From positions 3,224,001-3,288,000 of the forward strand of contig NC_086098.1 in the NCBI RefSeq assembly GCF_963921235.1: 64,000 nt of DNA, in the 5' to 3' direction. Below are positions 48,971 to 62,329 of this stretch, in pieces. This stretch comes from Mobula hypostoma (taxonomy: Eukaryota). The notes beneath the pieces are model-generated. The model did not search any database and was not told the origin of the DNA. It saw only the letters and a list, made by a program, of their open reading frames with translations. Numbering within the stretch: position 1 is the stretch's first letter; each line of letters opens with the position of its first letter. The translations under genes were made by a program, and so were the position numbers.

Positions 48971-51900
48971 AATAGGATTAATGCAAAACTACACACAAAG
49001 ACCGAGAAGCAACCAATGTGCAATAGAAGACAAAATGCCATTGAAAACAAATAATGATCAGTAGTATTATTATAAACAAATAATACTGAGAACATGATTT
49101 GTAGCATCTTTGAAATGAGTCCATAGATGGTGTTCAGTGATCAGTTCAGCGTTGAGGCTCAGTTCAGTGTTATGATCAAAGGATTAGAAATTCTTTAATG
49201 TGACAGGCATGAATTGAATCTGAAAGCTTCCATTTAATAGGACTATTTTAAGAGATAAAAATGAGCAAGTTCTATAGAATTTGAAGAACGGGACTTCACC
49301 AAAGACGGTCTTAAAACTTTTATTGGCCTTCAGATCTCAGCATTTCTGCGTGGGGTTGGTTGTCCATTGTGTCTGACGATGACAGGAAGAGTTTTTAAAA
49401 TGGAGATGCTGCTGCACTGGGGCAGTTCCACTCTCTTGACCTCAGAGTTTCGGGCCTAGTGATATGAGTAGTCATTACAACTGTGGTCTTCCTTGGATGC
49501 CATGCATAACCATATCTACTTCTGTGCCTCAACAAGCCCTTTTCTCTCCATTAGATCTACAGTGAGATTCAACAGCAAAGAACCACCTTCTCACTGGATA
49601 CCTCATGTGCCCAATCCTCTGAAGCCGACTTCTCATGCCAGAATAACCATGTCCCAGCCTCACTGGGTATGAGGCCCACCAGCTACTATGAAGTTTGTAG
49701 CAATTCAACTGACATTGAGTTTAAAACCTCAAATCTTGTGTAAAAAGAAACAAATTATCATGACACTACCAGAGTGTTGCAAAATTAGACAAAGAGCCAC
49801 ATTGTATGAATTGTTTGTTTCCTTAATAAATGAAGACAGCCCTTTGCTATTTGGTTTGCCCTTGTGCCGAAGGTACCTTCACTCATACAGAAAGTTGAAG
49901 GACAGATCTGTGGATCCTCCTGCAAGAACTTACTCCGCTCTCCTTGGAGAGATGGCATGGGAATGTAATGGTTAGAGTAAGGCTGTACAGCACCAGCAAC
50001 CCGGGTCCCATTCCTGCTGCTGTTTGTACGGAATTTGCAAGTTCTCCGCGTATATGTGTGGGTTTCCTCCAGGTTCTCCAGTTTCTTCCAAAGACGTATG
50101 GGCTAGTAGATCAATTGGTCACATGGGTGTAACTGGGCAGGGAGGGCTTGTTGGATCTGAGGAGCCTGTTACTGCGCTGTATCGCTAAATAAATTAATAA
50201 ATAATAAATAAATAAACTAAATTCCATCTATCAATGAAGGCAGACTCCTGGATAGTGAGGCTTTAGTGATGGATGCTGTCTTCTTAAGCACATTTTAAAG
50301 ATGTCCTTTATGGTGGGGAGCTTATTTCCACAACAGAGCTACCTGAGTTTACAAGCTTCTGTGACTTCTTCTGATCTTGTGTGTTGGACCTTCCATACCA
50401 GATGGTGATGCAACCAGTCAGAATGTTCTCCACTTGCATCATGCAAAGGCACAAGCCTTGGAAATATAATACAAGATTGAAGATTGTTTAATGTGGGGGT
50501 TTGCAACCTGGGGTCCACAGACGGTATTGGTCCATGATATGAAAGAGGTTGGGAACCCCTGGAGTAATGCTGTTTCTAGTCCACAAGTGTAGATGAGAAC
50601 AAAATAAATGTTACCCTGGATCCAATGCAGCTTAAAAATCACAAGTTTCATGACAAATATCAGCAATAATAAACTTGATTTCTGATAAGGGGACCACGCA
50701 GGAAATTATATGATTGGCCATAATCTTACTGAATGACTAGGTTCAAAGGTTGTAAGGCCCAGTCCTTCTTTTGTTCTTGAAGATTCAAGGTGGTATAGAT
50801 AGAGTAAATGCAGGCAGGTTTTTTCCACTGAGGTTGGGCGGGATAACAAGCAGAGGTCATGGGTTAAGGCTGTAAAGTGAAAAGTTGAGGGGGAGCATGA
50901 AGGGAAACTCCTTCACTCAGAGGGTGCTATGAGTGTGGAATGAGCTGCCAGCAAACACGTGGTGCATGTGAGCTCAGTTTCAACATTTCAGACAAGTTTG
51001 GATGGGAGCATGGATGGTAGGGGTATGGAGGGCTATGGTCCCTGAGCATGTTGATGGGACTAGGAGGTTCAAATGTTTCAGTATGGACTAGATGGGCCAA
51101 ATGGCCTGTTTCTGTGCTGTAGGTCTCTATGGCTCTATGACTATTCAGGATAGTTTATTGTCTTTCTTCAGAACACGGGTGTAAAGGAGCACAAAAGGAT
51201 TGTTACCCCGATCTGACGCAACCACAATGAGCATAAAAATCACAATAAATATAACTACGTAAGACAGCCTATATACATAGATTGATTGTAAATCCATAAA
51301 GCGACGCTCTGCACGGGAGTGTCTGTACGTAATGTGACTGACAGGAGATGACAAAGTAGTGGTGTTGGAGGTGTTGAAGGGTGGGTTAGAGGGTGGAGGT
51401 GTTGATCAGTCGTACTCCTTGGGGAAAGTAACTGTTTTTTGAGCCTGATGGTCTTGGCATGGATGCTACATAGCCTCCTCCCTGATGGGAGTAGGACAAA
51501 CAGTCCACGAGCAGGGTGGGTGGGATCCTTCATGATGTTATAGAACAGAAATATAATTTGACAGCAATAATATTAGTTTTCCCAGGCAGAATCACATTTT
51601 CCCCACCTTCTATAGTACTTCTGATAAAACATGCGTAAAGAAGTACATTTATTTTTATCAATATTATCAATACCATCAAAATTTCATTACAAACATGTTT
51701 AATTTATGTCCTACACTTAAAAACAGTTCTGTGCAGTTCTGTGCCATGTTATGCCCAATGTGGTTGGGAGACAGTAAGGTTTGGTGTAGCATATTTCAGT
51801 GGAGTAAAAAAAGTTAGAGTGGTATGAGAGAGGAGTTGGCCAAAGTAAATTGGCAGGAGCTGCTGGCAGGGATGTCAGCAGAGCAGCAATGGTGTGTGTT

Positions 51901-52281
51901 TCTGGGAAAATGAGGAAGGTGCAGGACAGATGTATTCCAAAAATGAAGAAATACTCAAATGGCAAAATAGTACAACCGTGGCTGACAAGGGAAGTCAAAG
52001 CTAATGTAAAAGCAAAAGAGAAGACATACAAAAAAGCAAAAATTAGTGGGAAGATAGAGGATTGGGAAGCTTTTAAAAACCTACAGACAGCAACTAAAGA
52101 ATCATTAGGGGGGAAAAGATGAAATATAAAAGCAAGCTAGCAAACAATATCTAAGTGGATAGTAAAAACTTTTTCAAGTACGTAAAAAATAAAATAGAGA
52201 TGAGAGTGGATATAGGGCTGCTCAAAAATGAAGCCAGAGAAATAATAACAGGGGACAAATAGATGGTAAATCAGTATTTTG

Positions 52282-52769
52282 TCCATACATGGCCTCCTCT
52301 ACTGCCATGATGAGGCTAAACTCAGGTTGGAAGAGCAACACCTCATATACCATCTGGGTACTCTCCAGCCCCTTGGTATGAACATAGAATTCTCCAACTT
52401 CCGGTAATTCCCTCCCCGTCCCTTCCCCTATCCCTATGTCACTCTGCCCCCTCCCCCAGCTGCCTATCACCTCCCTCATGGTTCCGCCTCCTTCTACTAC
52501 CCATTGTGTTTTCCCCTATTCTTTCTTCACCTTTCCTGCCTATCACCTCCCTGCTTCCCCTCCCCCACCCCTTTATCTTTCCCCTTACTGGTTTTTCACC
52601 TGGAACCTACCAGCCTTCTCCTTCCCACCCTCCCCCCACCTTCTTTATAGGGCCTCTGTCCCTTCTCCCTTCAGTCCTGACGAAGGGTTCCGGCCCGAAA
52701 CGTTGACTGATCGTTTCCACAGATGCTGCCCGACCTGCTGAGTTCCTCCAGTGTGTTCTGAGTGTTATG
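52282..52769 (+). mobile_element. 5'-truncated Penelope-like element (GIY-YIG end and pLTR) inserted in CR1
   Basis: Close reverse complement of 44695-45170; interrupts CR1 TATTTTG|CATCAGT. Confidence 0.88.
52671..52710 (+). ncRNA. Minimal type I hammerhead ribozyme motif, intact core, 6-bp stem I
   Basis: TCAGTC-CTGACGA-AGGG(TTCCGG)CCC-GAAA-CG-TT-GACTGA. Confidence 0.75.
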
Positions 52770-53287
52770 TTGCATCAGTGTTCACTGTGGAAGGCACTAG
52801 CAGTGTGCCTGATGTTGAAGGGTGTGAGGGAAGAGAAGTGAGTGTAGATACTATTCCAAGCGAGAAGGGGCTCAAAAAGCTGAAAGACCTAAGGGTACAT
52901 AAGTCACCTGGTCCAGATGAACTGCACCCTAGGGTTCTGAAAGTCGTACCAGTAGGGATTGTGGAGGCAATAGTAATGATCTTTCAAAAATCATTGGACT
53001 CTGGCATGGTGCCTGAGGACTGGAAAATTGCAACTGCCACACCACTCTTTAAGAAAGGAAGAAGGCAGCAGAAAGGAAATTAAGGACCAGTTAGCCTGAC
53101 CTCAGTGGTTGTGATGATGTTGGAGTTAATTGTTAAGGATGAGGTTATGGAGTACTTGGTGACACAGGACAAGATAGGATAAAGTCAGCATGGTTTCCAT
53201 GAGGGAAACTCTTGGCTGATGAACTTATTGGAATTCTTTGAGGAGAAGATTACACGTAGGATAGATAAAAAGGATGCAGTGGATATT

Positions 53288-53513
53288 TAAAAACGCAAAC
53301 AACAGGAAATCTGCAGATGCTGGAATTTCAAGCAACACACATCAAAGTTGCTGGTGAACGCAGCAGGCCAGGCAGCATCTCTGGGAAGAGGTACAGTCGA
53401 CGTTTCAGGCCGAGGACCTGACAAAGGGTCTCGGCCTGAAACGTCGACTGTACCTCTTCCTAGAAATGCTGCCTGGCCTGCTGCGTTCACCAGCAACTTT
53501 GATGTGTGTTGCT
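53288..53513. mobile_element. Fold-back PLE mini-element (226 bp)
   Basis: Arms 53329-53414 and 53430-53515 (86 nt, two mismatches seen); 13-bp TSD TGCAGTGGATATT at 53275-53287 and 53514-53526. Confidence 0.92.
53418..53449 (+). ncRNA. Hammerhead motif, core variant CTGACAA, stem I truncated
   Basis: CTGACAA-AGGGTCTCGGCCT-GAAA-CG-TC-GACT. Confidence 0.5.
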
Positions 53514-54864
53514 TGCAGTGGATATTGTCTATTTGGACGTTCAGAAGGTCAAGGTGTCACATATGAGACTGCTTACCAAGGTAAGTGCCCATGGTATTAC
53601 AGGAAAGTTACTGGCATGGTTAGAGCATTGGCGGATTGGTAGGATGCAGCAAAAGGGAATAAAAGGGTCCTTTTCTGGTTGGGTGCCAGTGACTAGTGGT
53701 GTTCCACTGGGGTCAGTGTTGGGACCACTTCTTTTTATGCTGTATATCAATGATTTAGATCATGGAATAGATGGCTTTGTTGCCAAGTTTCCAAATAACA
53801 CAAAGATTGGTGGAGATGCAAGTGGTGTTGAGGAAACAGGTAGGCTACAGAAGGACTTAGACAGATTAGGAGAATGGGCAAGAAATTGGCAAATGAAATA
53901 CGATGTTGGAAAATGCATGGTTATGCATTTCAGTATAAGAAATAAATGTAAAGACTGTTTTCTAAATGAGGAGAAAATACAAAAATCTGAGATGCAAAGG
54001 GACTTGGGAGTCCTTGTGCAGAACACCCTAAAGGTTAACTTGCAGGTTGAGTTGGTGGTGAGGAAGGCAAATGCAATGTTAGCATTCATTTCAAGAGGTC
54101 TAGAATACAAGAGCAGGGATGTGATGCTGAGGCTTTATAAGGCACTGGTGAGGCCTCACCTTGAGTATTGTGAACAGTTTTGCGCTCCTCATCTCAGAAA
54201 AGATGTGCTGGCTTTGGACAGTATTCAGAGGAAGTTCACAAGGATGATTCCGGGAAGGAAAGGGTTATAACACGAGGAACATTTGATAGCTCTGGGTCTG
54301 TACTCGCTGGAATTTAGAAGGATGAGGGGTGATCTCATTGAAACCTTTCAAATGTTGAAAAGCCAATACAGAGTAAATGTGGAAAGGATGTTTCCCATGG
54401 TGGGGGAGTCTAGGACAAGAGGGCACAGCCTCAGGATAGAGGGTTGTCCATTTAAAACAGAGATGCAGAATAATTTCTTTAGCCAGAGGGTGGTGAATTT
54501 GTGGAATTTGTTACCACAGTCAGCTGTGGAGGGCAGGTGATTGGGTGTATTTGAGACAGAGATTGATAGGTTCTTGTTTGAAGACGGCATCAAAGTTTAC
54601 GGGGAGAAGGCCGGGGAGTGGGGCTGAGGAGAGGAGAAAATGATCAGCCATGATTGAATGGAGGAGCAGACTCGATTGGCCAAATGGTCTAATTCTGGTC
54701 CTGTATCTTATTACCTTATGTATCCATATATGGATCATGGAATTATTTGGAAGCAGAGTGATTTGGACTGAAAAGCAGAGTGGTTCACATTGTGAAAATT
54801 TAACAACTAGCCGACTATGCCAGCAAACTGATGAAAACTGTTACAGTCAGTTAACCATCAGACT

Positions 54865-57800
54865 ATAAAACCATAAGATATAGGAGCAGATGTAGGCCAT
54901 TTGGCCCATCGAGTCTGCTCCACCATTTCATGACAGCTGATCCAATTTTCCATTCAGCCCCAAATCTCCTGCCTTCTCCCAAAATCCCTTCATGCCCTGA
55001 CCAATCAAAAATCTATCAACCTCTCCCTTAAATGTACATAAAGACTTGGCCTCACAGCTACCTGTGGCAAAGAATTCCACAGATTCACTACTCTCCAGCT
55101 AAAGAAATTCCTCTACATATCCGTTCTAAAGAGATGCCCCTCTGTTCTGAGGCTGTGTCCTTTAGTCTTAAACTACCCCACCACAGGAAACATCCTTTCC
55201 ACATACACTCAAGCACATCCTTTCACCGGTCAACAGGTTTCAAAGAGGTCACCCCTCATTCTTCTGAATTCTAGTGAATACAGGTCCAGTGCCATCAAAT
55301 GCTCTACATACAAGTCACTTATATGAACCACCCTTGAATACTTAACAGTTTCAACACATCCTTTCTAAGATAAGGATCCCAAACCTGCACACGATACTGT
55401 AAGTGAGGCCTTGCCCGTGCTTTATCCTTGCTTTTATATTCTAGTCCTCTTGAAATGAATGTTAACAATGCATTTGCCTTCCTCACCAAAGACTCAACCT
55501 ACAAAATTAACCATTAGGGAATCCTGCACAGGAACTACAGAGATCACTCTGCTATGGAGAAAGTAGACCGCCTTCTGATTGCTGAAGGGATCTCTCTGCT
55601 ATGGAGAAGGAAAAGCCAACCAGTGTGCCCGGAGAATGTCACCCAGGTGTTCTGCATTTTGAACATGGTCTTGGAATATAGATATTTTTTGCTAATAGTT
55701 TTTTATTTTCTACGTATTCTATGTTTTTCACCCAATCTTTCTTGTTCTTTTGTGTGTAGGAGGGGGACTTTGGGGGGGGGCGGTGGTTTGATGTGCTTGT
55801 TCTGCTTTTGTTTGTTTTTTGTGTGGGGAGGAGGGATTTGGTGATTTATGATGGTGATGCATTTCTTTTTTTTCTTGGTTTCATGGCTATCTGGAGAAGA
55901 CAAATTTCAGAGTTTCTATATTTTGTGAATAATATAGAAAATATATAAAAAATAATAATATAAAAAATATTATTAAGGACTTGTTCAAGGACTCCCAAAT
56001 CCCTTGGCACCTCAATTATTTTGTGTTTTCTCTCCATTTGGAAAATAATCAACCATTTCCTTTCTTCTACGAAAGTGCATGACTATACACTTCATGACTT
56101 TGTATCCTATCGACCATTTCTTTCCTCATCAGTCTAAGTCCTTCTGTAGTCTCTCTACTTCCTCAAGACTATCTGTCACAACCACGGATTTGGCAGCGCA
56201 ACAGGTACGGCATTGTGCTCCTGAATATGCACATGTCAGCTAATTATTATTTCTTTGTGATAGTATTTAACTCCATTTTTTCCATCCTAGTGCTAGTCGA
56301 GACTTGAACTCAGCACAGCAACGCTTCATTGCCTGCATGCATTCAGCTTTGCCTGAGAAACTAGACCACAGAGTCAAATGACTCTGAATACTAGCAGTAT
56401 TCCTTTTAGATTTAGTTATTCCTTTCAGCCGCAGTTTAGGCTTCATTTTCCATTTGTCAGTTTTAGTTAATGGTCCTGTTTGGCCTAGCATTTATTGTTT
56501 TCTTTTCCCTCTGACTCTGTTTGCATTAAAGTCTCTGAACTATCGACCCGCTTCAGTGTTCTCGCTCCGCACTTGAGTCATATCCAAACGCGATGACAAC
56601 CTGCCCCTCCACCTATCTTCATATTTTCTGGCAACTTTGCAACAAAGCCATCAATTCTATCATTCAAGTCGTTGACATATAACGTAAAAAGAATCAGTCC
56701 CAACATAAACCTTTGTGGAACACTACCAGTCACCGGCAACCAGCCAAGGAAGGATCCCTTTATTCGCACGTTTTGCTTCCTGCCAATCAGCCACTGCTTT
56801 ATTCATGCTGGAATCTTTCCTGTTATACCATGGGCTCATAGCTTCTTAAGTGTGGCACCTTTTCAAAAGCCTTCTGAAAATCCAAGTACACGACATCAAC
56901 CGATTCTCTTTTGTCTATCCTGCTTGTTATTTCTTCAGAGAATTCCAACAGATTTGTCAGACAAGATTTTCCCCTGAGGAAGCCATGCTGACTATGGCCT
57001 ATTTTATCATATGCCTCCAAGTACCCTGAAACCCCATCCTTAATAATCGACTCCAACATCTTCCCAACCACTAAGATCAGACTAACTGGCCTACAGTTTC
57101 ATTTCTTCAGCCTCTCTCACTTCTTGAAGAGTGGAGTGACATTTGCAATTTTCCAGTCTTCCAGAATAATTCCAGAATCTAGTGATTCTTGAAAGATCAT
57201 TACTAATGCCTCCATGATCTCTTCAGCCACCTCTTTCAGAACTCTGGGGTGCGCACCATCCGGTCCAGGTGATTTATCTACTTTCAGACCTTTCAGTTTC
57301 ACAAGAACCTTCTCCTTAGTAATGGTAATTTCACACACTTCATGCCCCTTACACCTGGAACATCCACCATACTGCCAGTGTCTTCCACAGTAAAGACTGT
57401 TACAAAATGCTATTCAGTTAATCTCCCATTTCCTTGTCCCCCATTACTACCTCTCCAGCATCATTTTACAGCACTCCAATATCCACTCTCACTTCCCCTT
57501 TACACTCTATGTATCTGAAGGAACTTTTGGTATCCTCTTCTATATTATGGGCTTGCTTACTTTCATATTCCATCTTTACCTTCTTGAAGACTTTTTAGTT
57601 GCCTTCTGTTGGTATTTAAAAGCTTCCCAATTCACTAACATTCCACTAATTTTTGCTCTATTATATGCCCATACCTTGGCTTTTATGTTGGCTGTGACCT
57701 CTCTTGTTAGCCACAATTGTGTCATTCTTCCTTTAGAATACTTCTTCCTCTTTGGGATGTATATATCCTGTGCCTTCTGAATTGCTTCCAGAAATTCCAG

Positions 57801-58995
57801 CCATTGCTGCTCTGCCATCGTCCCTGTCAGTGACCTTTTCCAATCAATTCTGGCCAAATCCTCTCTCATGCTTCAGTAATTCCCTTTACTCCTCTGTAAT
57901 ACTGTTACATCTCACCATAGCTTCTCCTTCTCAAGTTTCAAGGTGAATTCAATCATATTATGATCACTTCCTCTAAGGGTTCTTATACCTTAAACTCTCT
58001 AATCAATTCCAGTTCATTGCACAACACCCAATCCAGAATATTTGACCTCTAGAGACTCAACCACAAGCTGGTCTCAGAAAGCCATCTCGCCAGCGCTCTA
58101 GAAATTCCCCCTCCTGGAATCCAGCACCAACCTGATTTTTCCAATCTACCTGCATTTTGGAGTCCCCAATGACTATTGTAAGGTGCCCTTTTGGCATACA
58201 TTTTCTATCTCTCATTGTAATTTTTAGACCACATTGTTACTACTGTTTGGGGGGTCTGTACACAATTCCCATCGGGGTCTTTTTACCCTTGCAGTTCCTT
58301 AGCTCTATCCACAATTGTTCAGCACCTTCCAAACAGACGTCACCTCTTTCAATTATTTGATTTTATTTTTTACCAACAGAGCAACACTGTCCCCTCTGCC
58401 TTCCTGCCTATTGTTTTGATACAATGTGTATCCTTGGACATTAAGCTCCTGGCAAAAATCTTTCAGCCATGATTCAGTGATGCCTACAATGTCATACCTG
58501 CCAATCTGCAACTGTGCTACAAGTTCATTGACCTTATTCCATACGCTGCGCACATTCAAATAAAACACCTTCTGTCCTGTATTCACCCTTTTCGATTTTG
58601 TCCATCTTTCCCTGTTGGCTGTAATTTTGCCCTTTCAGCAGCCTCTCCTCACTACGTATTGCCTCTGTAAATCATTTACCTCATCTTCAGCTCAATTATC
58701 CACCTTTCCGGCAATACTTCTTGCATTGAAACATAGGCAGCTCAGGAGACTAGCCGCACCATTCTCAACCTTTTGATTCCTAATTTTATCTGAGGTTTTA
58801 CTAATATCTGCTTCCACAATGTCTGGCACTCTGTTTCCCATCCCCCACAACACTAGTTTAAACCCCACTGTGCAGCATTTACAAACTTTCCTGCTAGGAT
58901 ATTAGTCCCTCTCCAGTTCAGGTGCAAACCGTCCCTTCTGTACAGGTCCTACCTTCCCTGGAAGAGAGCCCAATGATCCAAAACTCTTATGCCTC
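54865..58995 (-). mobile_element. Long decayed CR1 LINE (end of ORF1, ORF2 endonuclease and RT, 3' end) with nested inserts
   Basis: Endonuclease N-terminus FYLNVRSVWNKVNEL...YDIVGITESWL (58353..58586); KSPGPDG.HPRVLKE; QHGFLRGKSCLTNLLEF. Confidence 0.92.
56174..56598. mobile_element. Solo LTR nested in CR1
   Basis: TGTCA...TGACA inverted termini; CR1 sequence resumes immediately after; TSD imperfect. Confidence 0.65.
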
Positions 58996-59118
58996 CCCAT
59001 CTACGGTATTTAGTTATTTCGATGTGGAGTGCAGAACAGGCCCTTCTGAACCAACAAGACCAGCAGCCAACCCTAGCCTAATCACAGGATAATATACACT
59101 GACCAATTAACCAATTGG

Positions 59119-59335
59119 AAACAAGAGGAATTCCGCAGATGCTGGAAATTCAAGCAACACACATCAAAGTTGCTGGTGAACGCAGCAGGCCAGGCAGCAT
59201 CTCTAGGAAGAGATACAGTCAATGTTTCGGGCCGAGGTCCTTCATCAGGACAAAGGGTCTCGGCCCGAAACGTCGACTGTACCACTTCCTAGAGATGCTG
59301 CCTGGCCTGCTGCGTTCACCAGCAACTTTGATGTG
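59119..59335. mobile_element. Fold-back PLE mini-element (217 bp)
   Basis: Arms 59160-59236 and 59259-59335; 14-bp TSD AATTAACCAATTGG at 59105-59118 and 59336-59349. Confidence 0.92.
59218..59251 (-). ncRNA. Minimal hammerhead motif
   Basis: GTC-CTGATGA-AGGACCTCGGCCC-GAAA-CA-TT-GAC; core intact, stem III palindrome altered. Confidence 0.55.
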
Positions 59336-61252
59336 AATTAACCAATTGGTACATCTTTGGAATGTGGGGGGAAGCTGGAGCACCTGAAGGAAATGCACGT
59401 CCTCACGGGAAGAATACAAAATCTCCGTACACATAACATCAGAATTGTGCTCCAAATTTCCGATGCCCAGAGCTGCAACGGTGTTGCGTTGACTGCTATG
59501 TTTCTGCAATGGATATATGGATCACGAAATTATTTGGAAGGTTTGGGACAGAAAAGTAGAGTGGATCACATTGTAAAAACTCAACTACAAGCCGACTAAG
59601 CCAACAACCCGATGGAAAGTGTTACACTCAGTTTGTGTTACTGATATCATTTCTGTGGAGACCGTATAGCTCTGTTTCTGCATGCCAATTTGTATCTGAA
59701 AACAGTACAGAAATATAATTTGACATTACTCCAGCATTAATGCCCAAAGGCAAAACCACTTTTCCCCACTCTTCAGAGCACTTCTGATAAAACATACATA
59801 AAAAGTACACTCATTTTGATCGAATGAATGTTGAACTCGTGAGTGAGTTATGAAGATCTTCTCAGGTGTGAGATAAATATTCTATTTCATTTCTGGTCAC
59901 TGAACATTGTATTTGGACTGTGTTCTACATATTCATTATAGCTTAAAATATTTATAAATCATTTCTTTCACAGGCTCTTAGGCATGCAGAGTATTTCAAA
60001 ACTTCATGTAAAATCACACTTATCACTAGCATAAAAATCTCTCCTAAGATTGTTTTAGTTCCAACTATAATTCTTAAAGAATTAATAACAATTCGTACTC
60101 TCTCTTTCTAACATTGTAGTATGTCAGTTATGTCACAACAGTTCTCTGTGGCACATTCTGAGGTCATAAATGTCACTTTCTTTTTTTGTCAAGTTTATCC
60201 TAGAGGGAACTTAGATCTTACAAAGCACCTTTCAGCCTTCAGATCTTCTGAGCCTTCTTTGCCAGGATCACACCTGACCCTGCGCATCGTCCACTTTCTT
60301 GCTGAGACACCCCATCCTTTGATACTGATAGTTTATAATGATCTATCAGTCTAGGTCTGTGATGTATTCACTGACCGCCTCCCCTCGGGTGCAAAATTCC
60401 AAAGGCTAAAAACTTCTCTTCAGCTACGTCTGGAATGGTTGTCCCCTCAAATCTAGCTGTGGACCACTGCTGTAATCTACACTCTGTTCCCTCCAATATT
60501 TTTTCGCAGCTGTGCCGATCAAAGTTCAAAGTAAGTTTACTATCAAAGTGCATGTCTGTCCCCTGAGATCTATTTTCTTGCAGGGATCCTCAGTAACTCT
60601 ATAATAGAATAATAATCATAATAGAATCAATGAAAGACCACACCCACTGGCCAGTGTGCAAAAGACAATAAATTGTGCAAAGACAAAATAAATAAATAAA
60701 ATAATAATAATAATAATAAATAACGAGTAAATATATCGAGAACATGAGATGGGGAGTCCTTGGAAGTGAGTCCATAGGTGGCAAGGAACAGTTCAGTGAC
60801 GGAGCAAGTAAAGTCGAGTGAAGTTATCCCCTTTGGTTCAAGGAGTTGGAGGGGTAGTACTTTCTTCCTGATGACAGCAGCGAGAACAGCATAACGTGGG
60901 TGGTGGGGTTCCCTGACGATGGATGCTGCTTTCCTTGTAGATGTGCTAATTAGTGGGGAGGGCTTTGCTTGTGATGGACTGGGTCATATCCACTACTTTT
61001 TGTCAGAATTTCCATTCAATGGCATCGGTGCTTCTATACGATGCCATGATGCAACCAGTCAATATACTCTCCACTACACATCAATTGAAGTTTGTCAAAG
61101 TTTCAGATATCATGGTGAATCTTCGCTAACTCCTAAGGAAGTAGAGGTGCTGCCGTGGTTCCTTCATAACTGCACCAACCATTGCTCTGAGCTTTAATTA
61201 TAACCTGGCCTGCAAACTGTGCAGCACTTTAATGAAACATTATGTAAAAGTA

Positions 61253-61696
61253 CGAGGGGTGATTGATAAGTTTGTGGCCTAAGGTAGAAGGAATCAATTT
61301 TAGAAAACCTAGCACATTTATTTTTCCTACATTTACACACTTAGTCCAGCAGTCATGGAGCACACAGATCCCTTCTTTGTAGAGGTCGGAGTCTTGGACC
61401 TCCAGAAGTGGTCCACAGCAGGGGTGACTGATAAGTTTGTGGCCTAAGGTAGAAGGAGATGAGTTATCAACTTCAAACTTTCTGCATTTTCACTCAAAGA
61501 GTTGAACTGCACGAGAGCGGTATAACTCATCTCCTTCTACCTTAGGCCACAAAGTTATCAATCACCCTTCATGATGTCCAGCTGCGTGGCATCAGAGGCC
61601 ACGTGCGCGGGCTCATTTCCTTTACTGCACGGCCACACACCCACACAGATTAGAGAAAGCAGTGCTCAAAACATCTCATAATGCATTAGCCCCTCG
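61253..61696. mobile_element. Mariner-type MITE, same family as 21851-22307
   Basis: TA|CGAGGGGTGATTGATAAGTTTGTGGCC...; inverted TIR near 61530-61570; outer CCCCTCG|TA at 61690-61698. Confidence 0.82.
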
Positions 61697-62329
61697 TATA
61701 TCCTGATGCATCAGGCATAGTACTGTAGCTGTCAGTGCAATCGCTTTACAGCACCAGCAATCACTGATTGGGGTTCGATTCCCTCCACTGTCTGTGTGAA
61801 GTTACTACATTCTCTCCAAGAATGCATGGGTTTCCTCCTTCCACACCCCAAAGACATACACTTTAAGGGTGAATAAAGTTGTGGGCATGTTATGTTGGTG
61901 CCAGAAGCCTGTCAACACCTGCCCCCAGCAAACCTTTGCTGATTTGAATCAAACAATATAATTCACTGTATATTTCAATGTACGTGTGACAAACAGAGCT
62001 AATCTACCACCACCCCGGCAAAGCATCTGAGGTGGTGGTTGAGGCTGATGCATTATGGACATTTAAGATACACTTCGCTGGGCAAGTGGATGAAAGAAAA
62101 TGGAGCAATTGGCTTTCTGGAAGGGTAGGGTGAGATTGATCACAGAGTAGCTTTGAAAGTTACTACAATATTGTGGGTTGAGAGCCTGCTCTGTGCTGGT
62201 ACTGTCAGTCCCTCTCAGATGTGATGAAATGACATTCACCTCAGCTCTGCAACACTTCCTTTCCTCGTTCCAGCGATCAATTACGTCAGACTGAACACTG
62301 AGACATGCTTTGAGTGAGAAAAGCAAACA

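Larger units (their letters stand above)
51795..54717 (+). mobile_element. CR1 LINE ORF2 and 3' end carrying two PLE insertions
   Basis: ORFs 51850..52122, 52751..53083, 53506..54270, 54283..54540 are collinear CR1 ORF2 pieces. Confidence 0.93.

Noticed and set aside
62240..62306. Minus-strand exon candidate (SDVIDRWNEERKCCRAE|gtgaat)
   Set aside because: No recognisable homology, ambiguous acceptor, and flanked by CR1 debris
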